A stretch of 64,000 bases of DNA from IMG/VR virus record IMGVR_UViG_3300022876_000002, one strand, 5' to 3'. The stretch is from a virus. Taxonomy: Duplodnaviria > Caudoviricetes. Shown here one piece after another: positions 29,473-39,320 of this stretch. A program made the translations under genes and the position numbers. The notes beneath the pieces were generated by a model. That model was not told the origin of the DNA. It was given only the letters and a program-made list of their open reading frames with translations, and made no database searches. Numbering within the stretch: position 1 is the stretch's first letter; every line of letters starts with the position of its first letter.

Positions 29473-31091
29473 TTACGATTCCTCATGCCGCTGGTGGCGG
29501 CTTTCAAAACAAACATTAACGGCTCGTTGACCGGGTCATACAGGAAGTTACCACTACCACTGATGTAGTATTCCCGCTTACCGAACAAGTCTACTACTTG
29601 AGCCTTGGTGTCTTCACCGCAAAGACTGTTAGAGTTCAAGGCGTCACCATCGTGGTCAGAACCCAGTGCCTGCTCACGAGTAGGGTCTACCGACATAGCG
29701 TCAAAGTAGTCTACGCGTTCACCCTTAATAGGGTACTTAGGCAGTTCACCGATTACTGTGCCGTCTGGCTCGATTAGTGTACGCTTCTTGCTACCAACCG
29801 TAGTCAGCAGGTTTACCTTGGCTGGGAAAATGGAACCCAGACCAGTAACCGGATAACGTGTCTGTTGAGACATCTGTCGACGGATAGCTTCTTGGCAGGA
29901 CAGGTAGTAAAGTTCCATGTACGTCATCGGTGTTACCAACTTACGATCCTTACCTTCAGGCAGGTCGTTGATATCACCCAGCACACAGACTTCTTTGCCA
30001 TCGTCGTAAACCAGTGCCAAATAGTGGCCACTGATAATGATGGGCTTATTACGCAGGTTAACGTTAGAGAAACCGTTAAACAGTTTGCTGATACCAGTCG
30101 CTGTAGTCCATTTGTCTACCGTTGCCGGTTGGACCTCAGTGTACTCGTATTCCAGGGTTTTGGTATTTACCAACTTAGCCTGGTCGCTACCTGGGGTAAA
30201 CACACCTTCCAGGTACTTGGTGGTCATGGCATGGATACAAACATACTGGTAGTTCAGCAATGCTTGCATCAGGCCCATGTCTACACTGTTCGGATCTACA
30301 CCGTCGTCCTCAAATAGGTTACTACGGGAAACCTTACGTGCAGTAATAACGTTACGAGTACCAGCCACTACACCGCGGGTAGACATACGACGTTGCAGGA
30401 TACCACCCTTACCGCCCATCAGACCAAAGATGTACTGGTCGATGTCGTTAAAGGACGATTGCAGCCCCCAACGTACAGTGTCGTATAGCGGGTTCTCAGC
30501 GTCACCAGCAGTACCAATGGATACTACACGGGTACGGAACATCAACTTACGGTAGTACTCAGTGAACTCTGGTTCACTTGGCGCACCGTTAGGCATGAAC
30601 TGGATATCGCGTAAGCCAGCAGGGATTACCAAGACTTTGGTACCCAGTGCCGTGTTACGGAACATGTTGATAAACTTAACACGTTGCTTACGTTTGTACG
30701 AGTCGGTTACCGTTACCACCAAATCGTAGAAATGCTTGACGAAAAAACTGTAACCAGTCTGTCCGTCGATGATGTTGGATTTTATGAAATCCTTGGCTCG
30801 GTCGTCCCAGACGGCATATTCCGAGCCTTTCAAAATCCCGATGTACAGAGATTTTATTTGACCAAGCGCTTTTAAGTAGCTCGGGTTAAAAATAGGAAGC
30901 TTGACGTCAATGTAAGCTTCAGTTTTATCACGCTCTTTAGACCCCATTTTGCCAAAGATTTCTAAAGAGTACAGACCCTCGTCGTTGAGGTTCTGAGTCA
31001 TACCTTCGAAAGCATCGGTAGACGCCACAGGTTTGAAGATACCGGGGACGATCTCCCTGGTATCTAACAAGGTTATATTACTGGGTTTCAT
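29469..31091 (-). CDS. Virion RNA polymerase beta-prime subunit, N-terminal part with the catalytic motif (phiKZ gp180-like)
   Basis: GLYSLEIFG, VIPAGLRD, QTRYPV and DHDGD (variant of DFDGD). Confidence 0.88.
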   Translation of the reverse strand: MKPSNITLLDTREIVPGIFKPVASTDAFEGMTQNLNDEGLYSLEIFGKMGSKERDKTEAYIDVKLPIFNPSYLKALGQIKSLYIGILKGSEYAVWDDRAKDFIKSNIIDGQTGYSFFVKHFYDLVVTVTDSYKRKQRVKFINMFRNTALGTKVLVIPAGLRDIQFMPNGAPSEPEFTEYYRKLMFRTRVVSIGTAGDAENPLYDTVRWGLQSSFNDIDQYIFGLMGGKGGILQRRMSTRGVVAGTRNVITARKVSRSNLFEDDGVDPNSVDMGLMQALLNYQYVCIHAMTTKYLEGVFTPGSDQAKLVNTKTLEYEYTEVQPATVDKWTTATGISKLFNGFSNVNLRNKPIIISGHYLALVYDDGKEVCVLGDINDLPEGKDRKLVTPMTYMELYYLSCQEAIRRQMSQQTRYPVTGLGSIFPAKVNLLTTVGSKKRTLIEPDGTVIGELPKYPIKGERVDYFDAMSVDPTREQALGSDHDGDALNSNSLCGEDTKAQVVDLFGKREYYISGSGNFLYDPVNEPLMFVLKAATSGMRNRK

Positions 31092-31112
31092 ATAGTGACC
31101 CTTGGGGTAGAT

Positions 31113-34100
31113 ATGTCAGATTATGATGATTTCGAGAGTTACGATAACGACTGGGGGGATGATCCGTTCGAAGGTGACATGGACTTCGATTCGGACTTCG
31201 ATAACCCAGGCGGTAAGAAAGGGTTCCTACGAAGCGCTGTAAGCGGCTTTTTAGACGGTATCGTCGAGCGCACGATCGGCAGTACCGATGCAAAGATCAA
31301 CACGCTACAGAAGGTTCTGCCAGCCACCTGGAATCCTACCTTCCGTAACCTGCGTGATCTGAACCAACGTCGTCGCGACGTAATGGAACAGATTAAAAAT
31401 GGTACCTTTACCACTGTGCAGGATTTGCAGTATTTAGCAGACCGTGCGGCTAAAGCTGTTGGTAATAAGCTTCCTAATAAAATCTCCGAGACCCTTACTG
31501 ATTTCAGTAAAAGGGACTTCTCGGACTGGGAAAAAACCGATTACGACCGCGATGACACCGATAAGGCAGAAGGTGTATCGGACGAGGAAGTTAAAGCGTT
31601 AATCAGCAACGAAGACGCTAACGCTATCCTTACCCGAGAAACCTCCAAGTCGATCGGTAGACAAACCATCGGGATGATGGCTGAGATCGGTGGTCGGTCT
31701 ATCGCTAACATCCAAGGTCTTAACCAGACCGGTATGCGCACCAACCAGTTACTGGAACACTTGCTGGACTTCCAGCGTCGTGTAACCCAACGTAACGACC
31801 AGTTGATGATCAGCATCACTGCACGGCAATACCTTACTAGCTCCAAGTACTACAAGTTCATGGAAGTTAGTAACCACCGCATCGTCACCGAGTTGAAACA
31901 GATCGGTGAGTACGTCAAGATGTCGGACTACGAGAAAACCTCGAACATGCAAGCTCTGAAAAAGAGTGTGCGTGAGTCTGTATTCGACAAAGCCAAGGGT
32001 CGTTTCGGTGGTATTGCTGATTTCTTGACTGAGCGTGTAGGTAAGGATGCTCTGGACGACAACATGTCCAACGTGTCGGACATCACCAGTAGCCTGCGTA
32101 TGGTTGCTGAGATGACCGAAGGGATGCCCCTTAACGTAGGTTCCATGCTCGGTAACGCGGCAGCCGGTATCTTCCTTAATAAGCTTCCCAAGATGATCGA
32201 GTCTGGGATGGCCCAAGGTTACATTGCTAAGTTTAAGAAGCAATTCCCTAAACTTAGCAAATGGGCTGACGACGCTTACATCCGTCTTGGCGACCTCGGT
32301 AACGTAGCCACTTACGTTACTGGTAATGGCGAGGAGTTGGCTAATACCCTGCACCGTCATTACAAGCACGGTCAGTCTGAACTGGACGATATGACCTACG
32401 ATGACTACGTAGATCAGTTGCCGAAAGACAAACCACCAATGCCTAAAGCAGTCTGGGTTGCCATGAAAATGGCACGCGGAATGTACAACAAGGGCGCTGG
32501 CGCAATCATGGATGACATGTGGGAGTCTAGCTATACCACATACAACCTGAAAAACCGCACCCTGGCAGATGGTGAAGAAAACGCTCTGTGGACCCGTCGT
32601 TCCGACCGTACGTTGAACGAAGAGATCCCACGCTGGTTCAGCATGATCCACTTGTCCTTGGAGCAAATCCGGACTGGTAGTGACGACGTCAAGCGTTTGG
32701 CTTACGACTACGTTAAAGACGACTTCATTACCGACAAGCAGAAAGTAGCCACGGTTACCAATGCTGTGTTTGATCGTAGCCAGTTCTCCTCGCAAGCTAC
32801 TTCGGCCCTTAACCTGGCTGAGTCGCTTGACAAAGAGGGTGGTGGCACAATGTCGGCTAAGGCCAAGCAAGACCTGGCTTACCAGTTGACCCGTGACGTA
32901 GACCGTAAGCAAGGCTTCAACCCGTACAACTTCCTGGCGTTAGAGGAAGAGGACGGGTTCTCCAAGAAGTCCGCTAAACAAATCCGTGAATCCATCATGG
33001 CGGCGTTTGGGATTACCCAAAACCACATCGATGAGTTCCATGCTGGTGACGACGCTACGCGCACACGCATGCTGACGTACATGCCTACTGAGAAAGGTCG
33101 TAGACTGCTCCCAGGTATGGCTGACGCAGCACGGTCGCTCGACACCTTCATGCCGGACATTACGGCTAACCTGGAAACTTACCGCAACAGTGGTTTCTGG
33201 AATGCGATGAAGGAAGCAGGGATTATCACCAAGTCCGAGTGGGGTGGTGGTGACGAAGTCTCTGAGAAAAAGTTCTGGGAAGTCTACAAGCAATATTTGG
33301 CTGACCCAGAAATGAAGTCGTCAGTCCCTGTGCCTGAGACACAAGGACCGATTCCTACTCGCTCGTTTGGCACGTTTACACCTAACCCTATCAACCCGCT
33401 GGCGCAAGCCACTGTACCTAAGTTCACTTTCGGTGCGGCTGCTGGCGTCGCGCCTACTGCCACGACTGTTCCAGTCAAGGTAGAAGGGTTCGACGAACTG
33501 GTTAAAACGCTGGATGGTCTCAAGAACTTTGCTCAGTCCATGGGTGGGTTCGGCGATGCCATGAAAGCAGTTAGCGGGATTGACTTCCAGCCACTTAACA
33601 CCAAAATGGATTTGTTGGTTAAGAACACTGGCGACCTGCTGCAATTGGCTCAGACCCGTAACGAGACTCTCACCAAGATTTATGAGAATCAACCGGTACG
33701 TAAGAAACCCAAGGACAAGCAGGAAGAAGATGACATGCGGTCTGGTACACAACGTATCATGGATCGCATCAAAGAGTTCTCGTTCCAAGACTTCTACAAC
33801 AAGGCAGTTGACACGGTACTCAAGAACGAGCCACTGATCCTGGGTGGTTTGTTAGGTGGTCTCGCTGGGTATGCGTTGCATAACCCTAAAGCTGCTGCGT
33901 TGATTGCAGGTGGTGCTGTAGCCGCTACTGCTTACGGCAAAATCCGTGGGATGGCTAAAGCCAAAACACCAGAGGACAATGAAGACCTCTATGAGGAAGG
34001 TTCTGACGAGCCATTACTCAGTGCGAAGAAGTTGCGTGACGGCGACTACTATGACCTGTCCAAGAAAGTGATCATCCAGTCGTGGAAGGATATCACGGGG

Positions 34101-37100
34101 AGCATCAAGGACATTAAAGACGGGACCATCATTGGTGCTCGTAAGTTAGCCGGTAAACTGTTTACTGCTGAGAACAAGGAAGTATTCCTTAGCGGGTTGA
34201 ACAAGGTGCGTGAATGGATTAGCAAAGCATTCCGTTGGGTAGATCCATGGGGTCGTGCGGTAGCTGCCAAGAACGCAGTAACCAAGCGCTTCTTCCAGAT
34301 GGACGTATATAAGGAAGGAGCCAAAGCACCTACCCTGTTGGGCAAGTCGTTTGATGGTGGTGCGTATTACAAGGTTGGTCCAGACGGCAAAGCAGTAATG
34401 CTCACTGGATGGAATGAAATCGACGGACCAGTATACGACCGTGAAGGTAATATGCTGATCTCCCAGGAAGACTACGACCGCGGTTTGGTTACGTCGATGG
34501 GTGTGTCGGTTAACAAGCTTGGTAAGCTGTCGAAGAAGTTTGGTAGTTGGGGTCTGGAGATCCTTAAAGGAGCTAAAGACCGTGCGATGCAATACGGTGG
34601 GGCTGCTGTAGATAAGTCGAAAGAAGTATTTAAAGCAGACTACACTCCGATTATCAACTCGATTGACCGTATCTACGACTTGCTGTTGCAACACTGGGGT
34701 TACGCCCCGGCTGCAATGGTCAACGCACTGACTGGCACGGATGGTGTTGAGAAGCCTCTCGAGGCAGAGGGTGATCCTGAGACCCAACCAGCACCAGCTA
34801 CCGGTAAGAAAGGTAAAAAGAAAAAGGCACCGAAAACCAAGGAAGACTCGGAGCCAGATTTCAACAAAGGCATTGACCCTGACACCCCTGGTCCATCCAA
34901 GGAAGAGGTTGCTAAGCGAGAAGAGCGTGCTGCAAACCCACCCGAGATGCGTAAGCATAACTTTGCTGAAGCCATCAAAGAGAAAATTGCAGCGGCTTAT
35001 GGTGATCGTCCAGCGGCAGGTGACCCTGCTCCAGAACCTAAACCTGGCGAACCTAAAGAACGACTCAACTCTCTTAAAGACCAAGAAGAGCAAAAGGAAA
35101 AGAAAAAGGCCGGTATGGTTCAGGATGCGATCATCCGCATCGGTGAGTCCTTCGGTTTTGGTGAGAAGAAACCTGACACCAAACGTGCTGGTCTGTTTGG
35201 TTTGTTAGGTACCATGTTTGGTGGCGCGTTAAGTGTCTTGGGTGGGATCTCCACCTTTATCACCAAGACGTTGTTCTCTCCAATCAGGATGATGGGGACG
35301 TTCGCTACACTCGGTATCAAGTTACTCCCTGTGATGGCCACTGGCGTTACGGCTATTGCTAAAGGGTTGTTCACGTTGCTCAAGACTAAGTCTTTGACTG
35401 ACGCGGGCACCAGTGTGCTTGACACCATTATGGACAACAAGGGCGAACATCCTGAAGTCCGTAAGAAACGTAAGGAGATGCGCAAAGAGCACCGTAGTAA
35501 ACCTAGTACCAAACTCAAGAAAGCGGGCCTGGTTGGTGGTGTAGCCCTTGCGGGTGGCATGGCCGTGGACAGCATGATTGACAGCGGTATCGTGGAAGAA
35601 GACGGTCTGGTAGCTAACGTAGCCAATGTATTGGAAACCGGCGCACAGGTTTACGCTGGTTATCAATTGGCATCTGGTTTGGCAGGTTTGGCTGGTCTTA
35701 GTCTGCCGACTATGTTGGGTACTGCTGCTAGCGCTGCCGGTACTGGCTTTATGGTTGCTGCTGGTGGTGCCTTAACGGCCGCTGGTGCAATTATTACCAG
35801 TCCTGTAGTACTTGGTGCGGCTGCAATTGGTTTGGTTGGCTATGGTGCTTACAAGCTCTTCCAGAAGGGTAAGGGTACCCAGCTTAAACTACGCTTGACC
35901 CAGTATGGTGTTTCTGATGTAGAGTCTGATCTCGCTGAGACTATCGTTAAAGCAGAACAGATGTTAGAGAAATACGTTGTAATTGGTAACGGTAGAGCGT
36001 CGCTGTCTAAGGAAGCACCTATCGAAGAAGTGTTCCGTATGTTTGTGCCTGATGCGGCTGATAAAGGCGGCAAGGCTAAACTGGCGGAAGTATTCACTTG
36101 GTTCAATGGTCGTTTCAAACCTGTGTTCTTGACCTACATGGCTTGCTTGGATGCTGCTAAGTTTAAAGGTCTCCAGGAATACGACGAGTCGACTAAGCAA
36201 GAAGTCTACATGGTAGCGAAACAAGCACACACAGCCCTCGGTGGTGTGATGCCGTTCCCTTACACTGTAGTTGCCAAAATCGATAAGTCTGTTCCTATCC
36301 TCGGTGAGAAACAGACTACCATCCGAGTTGCCAATTACCTTACGACCCTCAAGACGTATCTGGATCGTAAGACGAGTAAGGAAGACCTGCAGCCTGTTGC
36401 GTTGCCCGCTGGTGTGAAAGCTCTGGAAGCAGAGAAGAAACACTTGGAGGAGCAACTTAACGAGGACGGTGGTAGTGTCGCTGGTCCTATCCGTAGTAAG
36501 GCGAAAGCTCGTATTGCGGATATCGACAAGCAACTGTCTGATCTGAACAGTAGCTTCAAGCTGGGCAAACAAGTTCAGGCAGTGTACATCAAAGACCTGC
36601 TCCCAGACGCTAAAGCAATGGATTTGCTTACTGCAATTCGTCTGGCGTGCTATGGTAATGATCAAGACATTCACTGGCGTATTGAGGCTGTACTGCGGTT
36701 AGAACGTTACTGTGAATCCCTCTTCGTATCCGACGGGAAAGAAGTTGTATTCCGTGGGGACATTGGGGAACTGTTTGATATCTTCCGTACGTCGTTCCGC
36801 CTGAAACGCGACGAAGGTGAGAACTGGGCTAAGTGGTTCCGTGACCGCTTTGCTCCGGTAATGCGCAATTACGTGCAATTGGTTAACAACTATCGCAAGG
36901 GCAACCCTGGGGTGGTTTGGAAATCGCTGTCGGTTACTGCACGTTACGAAATCGCTAAGGCATTGGTTGACACTCAGGTGCACATCACGAGTGCATTGGT
37001 AGTACCGATCTGGCGTGTACGGTCCTCACCGTTCTTGGATAGTCGTTCTGACGATCGTCCGGACAAAGTAGACCGCATGCTTAAACTGTTGGCTGATGCT

Positions 37101-39254
37101 AGCACACAGGCTAAGGTACTGGACCCCGAGAAAGAGGCTGGTAAAACCAATACTCAGACTTGGGCTAATGCAATCAGTCCACACAAAGTAGGTGGTGGGT
37201 TTACCCCACATGCTGCCAACGTCCAGCAGCCCGACCAGTACAAGAACAAGCGTGACGTCGTTATGGGTGGACAGTTCGGCACCAACGTGTCTAGCGGCGC
37301 TGGTACTGGTAACATCTACAGCATCAATGGTAACTACGGCACCCCTGAGAACAAGTATGGGTATAAAGCCCTAACTGGTGAATCCGACACTAGCCACCTG
37401 GACATGTCCGGTGTACAGAAGGATACCAGTGCTAAGGACTCTGGGGTTAAGGTACCCCGTAAGCTGGCAGAGCAGTTAGTAATCCGCGAGATGCTTAAGC
37501 AGGGCTTCACTGACCCGCGAGCTATTGCAGAGATGCTGGCACTTACCAACTACGAGACCGGTGGCTATAACAAGACCGTAGAGAACCTTAAGTACTCCGA
37601 CCCATCCAGACTGATGCGGACGTTCAAGGAAGTTACTTCCCTGGCCCAAGCACAGCAACTGGTACAGATGGGTGAGGTAGCAATCGGTAACGTGGTTTAC
37701 GGCGGTGGTAAAGGCAAGTCCCTTGGTAACACCGAACAAGGGGATGGCTACAAATACCGTGGTCGTGGCTTCGTACAACTGACAGGTAAGAGTAATTACG
37801 CTAAGACCGGACAGGCTTTAGGTATTGACTTGGTTGGGAAACCAGAGTTGCTGTCTGAAGACCCTAACGTCATGGCGGCCGTTGCGGTAGACTTCTACAA
37901 GAACTCCAAGCTCTTGCAGTCGATTACCCAAGACGGTAACTTCGGGCGTGCTGCACGGGGGCTCAATGGCGGTAATGCATTGCCCGGTATGCCTGAGCGT
38001 CACAAACTCTACCTGAGCTACTTGGATCAGTTGAGTAAAGGCGAGTTAAAAGCTGACGAAGAAGCCGCAGCTAGTGCATCTGCCGATGTGGTGGGTAGTG
38101 CATCTGCACCGACTGCTCCTCCTGACAGTGGAGCAATGATTGGTGGTGCTGGTGGTACTCCTCCACTGGGTGCTAGCGGTAGCGGTGGTCAGTTGGATCC
38201 AAGCGGAGGAGCTGCATACGGTACGCCAGGTACTGATCCAAACACAGGGCAACCTGGTACTTGGTCTCAGTCTGGTCCTAATGTACCGATGGGTCCTGGT
38301 GTGCAGACTGGCTCTGGCGCACTTGGTGGTGGTTACACTGCTTCGACTTACGGTGCTGGTCCTTCTGTTGACGTAGATGGGCTTAAGGTTAAATCCGCTG
38401 AAACAACTGCTGGTGGTGGGCATCATCCTGCTATCAAACGGTTGGGCCAGTTGATTATGACCAACGTCCAAAACTTCAACAGAATCACTGCGTTGAACGA
38501 CGCATGGCACAAGCACAATAAGCCAAACTCCAAGCACACCCAAGGTCTGGCGATTGACTTCACCCTGACTAACGGTGCAGCTGGTAGTGATGCCGCAGTG
38601 GCTGTTGTTAAAGGCTTGCTGCAACAAGCTGGTTTGACTCCTAACGAGTTCCTGGTACTCAACGAGTACAAGCGGATGTCGCGTGGGGCAACTGGTAATC
38701 ACGTCCATGCTGGCTTCCAATCCGTAGCTGCTGCGGACAAGTTCATGAAGGCAAGTGGCGGTAACGCTACTAACGGACAAGACACTACCGCTGGTGGTGG
38801 ACCTGTACAGCCGGTTGAACAAGAAGTTACATCGCCTCCGCAACAAGGAGTAGAGGCCCAGGCACCTCGTGGTATGGAAGACCCAGCTGCTAGCCCTAGT
38901 GGCCCTGCGGTACCGGGTAAGCCAAACATCCCTGGTCCCAAGCCTCCACAATCCGGTGGTAACACTGCACCGCAAGGTGGCGGTAATCCATTCGGGACGT
39001 CTCCTGGCGCTCCTTACCAGCAACCTAATAACGGTTCTTACCAACCGCCCGCACCGCCTGCTACAAGACAGCCTCAGGCTGCTCCTGCACCAGCCCCTGT
39101 AGACAACGGTAACGTAGAACAGTTGTTAGGAGCATTGGTTGCAGCGGTTAACCAACAGGGCGGATCCCAGTCCCAACTGTTGGCACAGATCGCTAAACTG
39201 ATCGCTGAAGGTAACAAAGGAGCTAAAGATCCATCTCAACGCGTTAAGGTTTGA
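31113..39254 (+). CDS. Tail-associated lysin / tape-measure-like protein (phiKZ gp181 position) with C-terminal GH19 and M15-peptidase domains
   Basis: About 2.7 kaa; hydrophobic Gly/Ala-rich segments; NYETGGY and YRGRGFVQLTGKSNY (GH19); SKHTQGLAIDF and NHVH (M15). ATG at 31113 preferred over GTG at 31095. Confidence 0.82.
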   Translation: MSDYDDFESYDNDWGDDPFEGDMDFDSDFDNPGGKKGFLRSAVSGFLDGIVERTIGSTDAKINTLQKVLPATWNPTFRNLRDLNQRRRDVMEQIKNGTFTTVQDLQYLADRAAKAVGNKLPNKISETLTDFSKRDFSDWEKTDYDRDDTDKAEGVSDEEVKALISNEDANAILTRETSKSIGRQTIGMMAEIGGRSIANIQGLNQTGMRTNQLLEHLLDFQRRVTQRNDQLMISITARQYLTSSKYYKFMEVSNHRIVTELKQIGEYVKMSDYEKTSNMQALKKSVRESVFDKAKGRFGGIADFLTERVGKDALDDNMSNVSDITSSLRMVAEMTEGMPLNVGSMLGNAAAGIFLNKLPKMIESGMAQGYIAKFKKQFPKLSKWADDAYIRLGDLGNVATYVTGNGEELANTLHRHYKHGQSELDDMTYDDYVDQLPKDKPPMPKAVWVAMKMARGMYNKGAGAIMDDMWESSYTTYNLKNRTLADGEENALWTRRSDRTLNEEIPRWFSMIHLSLEQIRTGSDDVKRLAYDYVKDDFITDKQKVATVTNAVFDRSQFSSQATSALNLAESLDKEGGGTMSAKAKQDLAYQLTRDVDRKQGFNPYNFLALEEEDGFSKKSAKQIRESIMAAFGITQNHIDEFHAGDDATRTRMLTYMPTEKGRRLLPGMADAARSLDTFMPDITANLETYRNSGFWNAMKEAGIITKSEWGGGDEVSEKKFWEVYKQYLADPEMKSSVPVPETQGPIPTRSFGTFTPNPINPLAQATVPKFTFGAAAGVAPTATTVPVKVEGFDELVKTLDGLKNFAQSMGGFGDAMKAVSGIDFQPLNTKMDLLVKNTGDLLQLAQTRNETLTKIYENQPVRKKPKDKQEEDDMRSGTQRIMDRIKEFSFQDFYNKAVDTVLKNEPLILGGLLGGLAGYALHNPKAAALIAGGAVAATAYGKIRGMAKAKTPEDNEDLYEEGSDEPLLSAKKLRDGDYYDLSKKVIIQSWKDITGSIKDIKDGTIIGARKLAGKLFTAENKEVFLSGLNKVREWISKAFRWVDPWGRAVAAKNAVTKRFFQMDVYKEGAKAPTLLGKSFDGGAYYKVGPDGKAVMLTGWNEIDGPVYDREGNMLISQEDYDRGLVTSMGVSVNKLGKLSKKFGSWGLEILKGAKDRAMQYGGAAVDKSKEVFKADYTPIINSIDRIYDLLLQHWGYAPAAMVNALTGTDGVEKPLEAEGDPETQPAPATGKKGKKKKAPKTKEDSEPDFNKGIDPDTPGPSKEEVAKREERAANPPEMRKHNFAEAIKEKIAAAYGDRPAAGDPAPEPKPGEPKERLNSLKDQEEQKEKKKAGMVQDAIIRIGESFGFGEKKPDTKRAGLFGLLGTMFGGALSVLGGISTFITKTLFSPIRMMGTFATLGIKLLPVMATGVTAIAKGLFTLLKTKSLTDAGTSVLDTIMDNKGEHPEVRKKRKEMRKEHRSKPSTKLKKAGLVGGVALAGGMAVDSMIDSGIVEEDGLVANVANVLETGAQVYAGYQLASGLAGLAGLSLPTMLGTAASAAGTGFMVAAGGALTAAGAIITSPVVLGAAAIGLVGYGAYKLFQKGKGTQLKLRLTQYGVSDVESDLAETIVKAEQMLEKYVVIGNGRASLSKEAPIEEVFRMFVPDAADKGGKAKLAEVFTWFNGRFKPVFLTYMACLDAAKFKGLQEYDESTKQEVYMVAKQAHTALGGVMPFPYTVVAKIDKSVPILGEKQTTIRVANYLTTLKTYLDRKTSKEDLQPVALPAGVKALEAEKKHLEEQLNEDGGSVAGPIRSKAKARIADIDKQLSDLNSSFKLGKQVQAVYIKDLLPDAKAMDLLTAIRLACYGNDQDIHWRIEAVLRLERYCESLFVSDGKEVVFRGDIGELFDIFRTSFRLKRDEGENWAKWFRDRFAPVMRNYVQLVNNYRKGNPGVVWKSLSVTARYEIAKALVDTQVHITSALVVPIWRVRSSPFLDSRSDDRPDKVDRMLKLLADASTQAKVLDPEKEAGKTNTQTWANAISPHKVGGGFTPHAANVQQPDQYKNKRDVVMGGQFGTNVSSGAGTGNIYSINGNYGTPENKYGYKALTGESDTSHLDMSGVQKDTSAKDSGVKVPRKLAEQLVIREMLKQGFTDPRAIAEMLALTNYETGGYNKTVENLKYSDPSRLMRTFKEVTSLAQAQQLVQMGEVAIGNVVYGGGKGKSLGNTEQGDGYKYRGRGFVQLTGKSNYAKTGQALGIDLVGKPELLSEDPNVMAAVAVDFYKNSKLLQSITQDGNFGRAARGLNGGNALPGMPERHKLYLSYLDQLSKGELKADEEAAASASADVVGSASAPTAPPDSGAMIGGAGGTPPLGASGSGGQLDPSGGAAYGTPGTDPNTGQPGTWSQSGPNVPMGPGVQTGSGALGGGYTASTYGAGPSVDVDGLKVKSAETTAGGGHHPAIKRLGQLIMTNVQNFNRITALNDAWHKHNKPNSKHTQGLAIDFTLTNGAAGSDAAVAVVKGLLQQAGLTPNEFLVLNEYKRMSRGATGNHVHAGFQSVAAADKFMKASGGNATNGQDTTAGGGPVQPVEQEVTSPPQQGVEAQAPRGMEDPAASPSGPAVPGKPNIPGPKPPQSGGNTAPQGGGNPFGTSPGAPYQQPNNGSYQPPAPPATRQPQAAPAPAPVDNGNVEQLLGALVAAVNQQGGSQSQLLAQIAKLIAEGNKGAKDPSQRVKV

Positions 39255-39267
39255 CCATTTTAGGAGA

Positions 39268-39306
39268 GGGGGCAGGGGCTTCGGCCTCTGTCCTCATCCT
39301 ATTTTT
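39268..39306 (+). terminator. Intrinsic terminator with a cUUCGg loop
   Basis: 12-bp stem with G-U pairs around ttcg, then a T-tract. Confidence 0.7.
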
Positions 39307-39320
39307 ACAGGTATTTACTG

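Noticed and set aside
29400-31120. Group I intron or HNH endonuclease at the beta/beta-prime junction, as occurs in some phiKZ relatives
   Set aside because: The genes overlap by ATGA and read continuously; no insertion is present.
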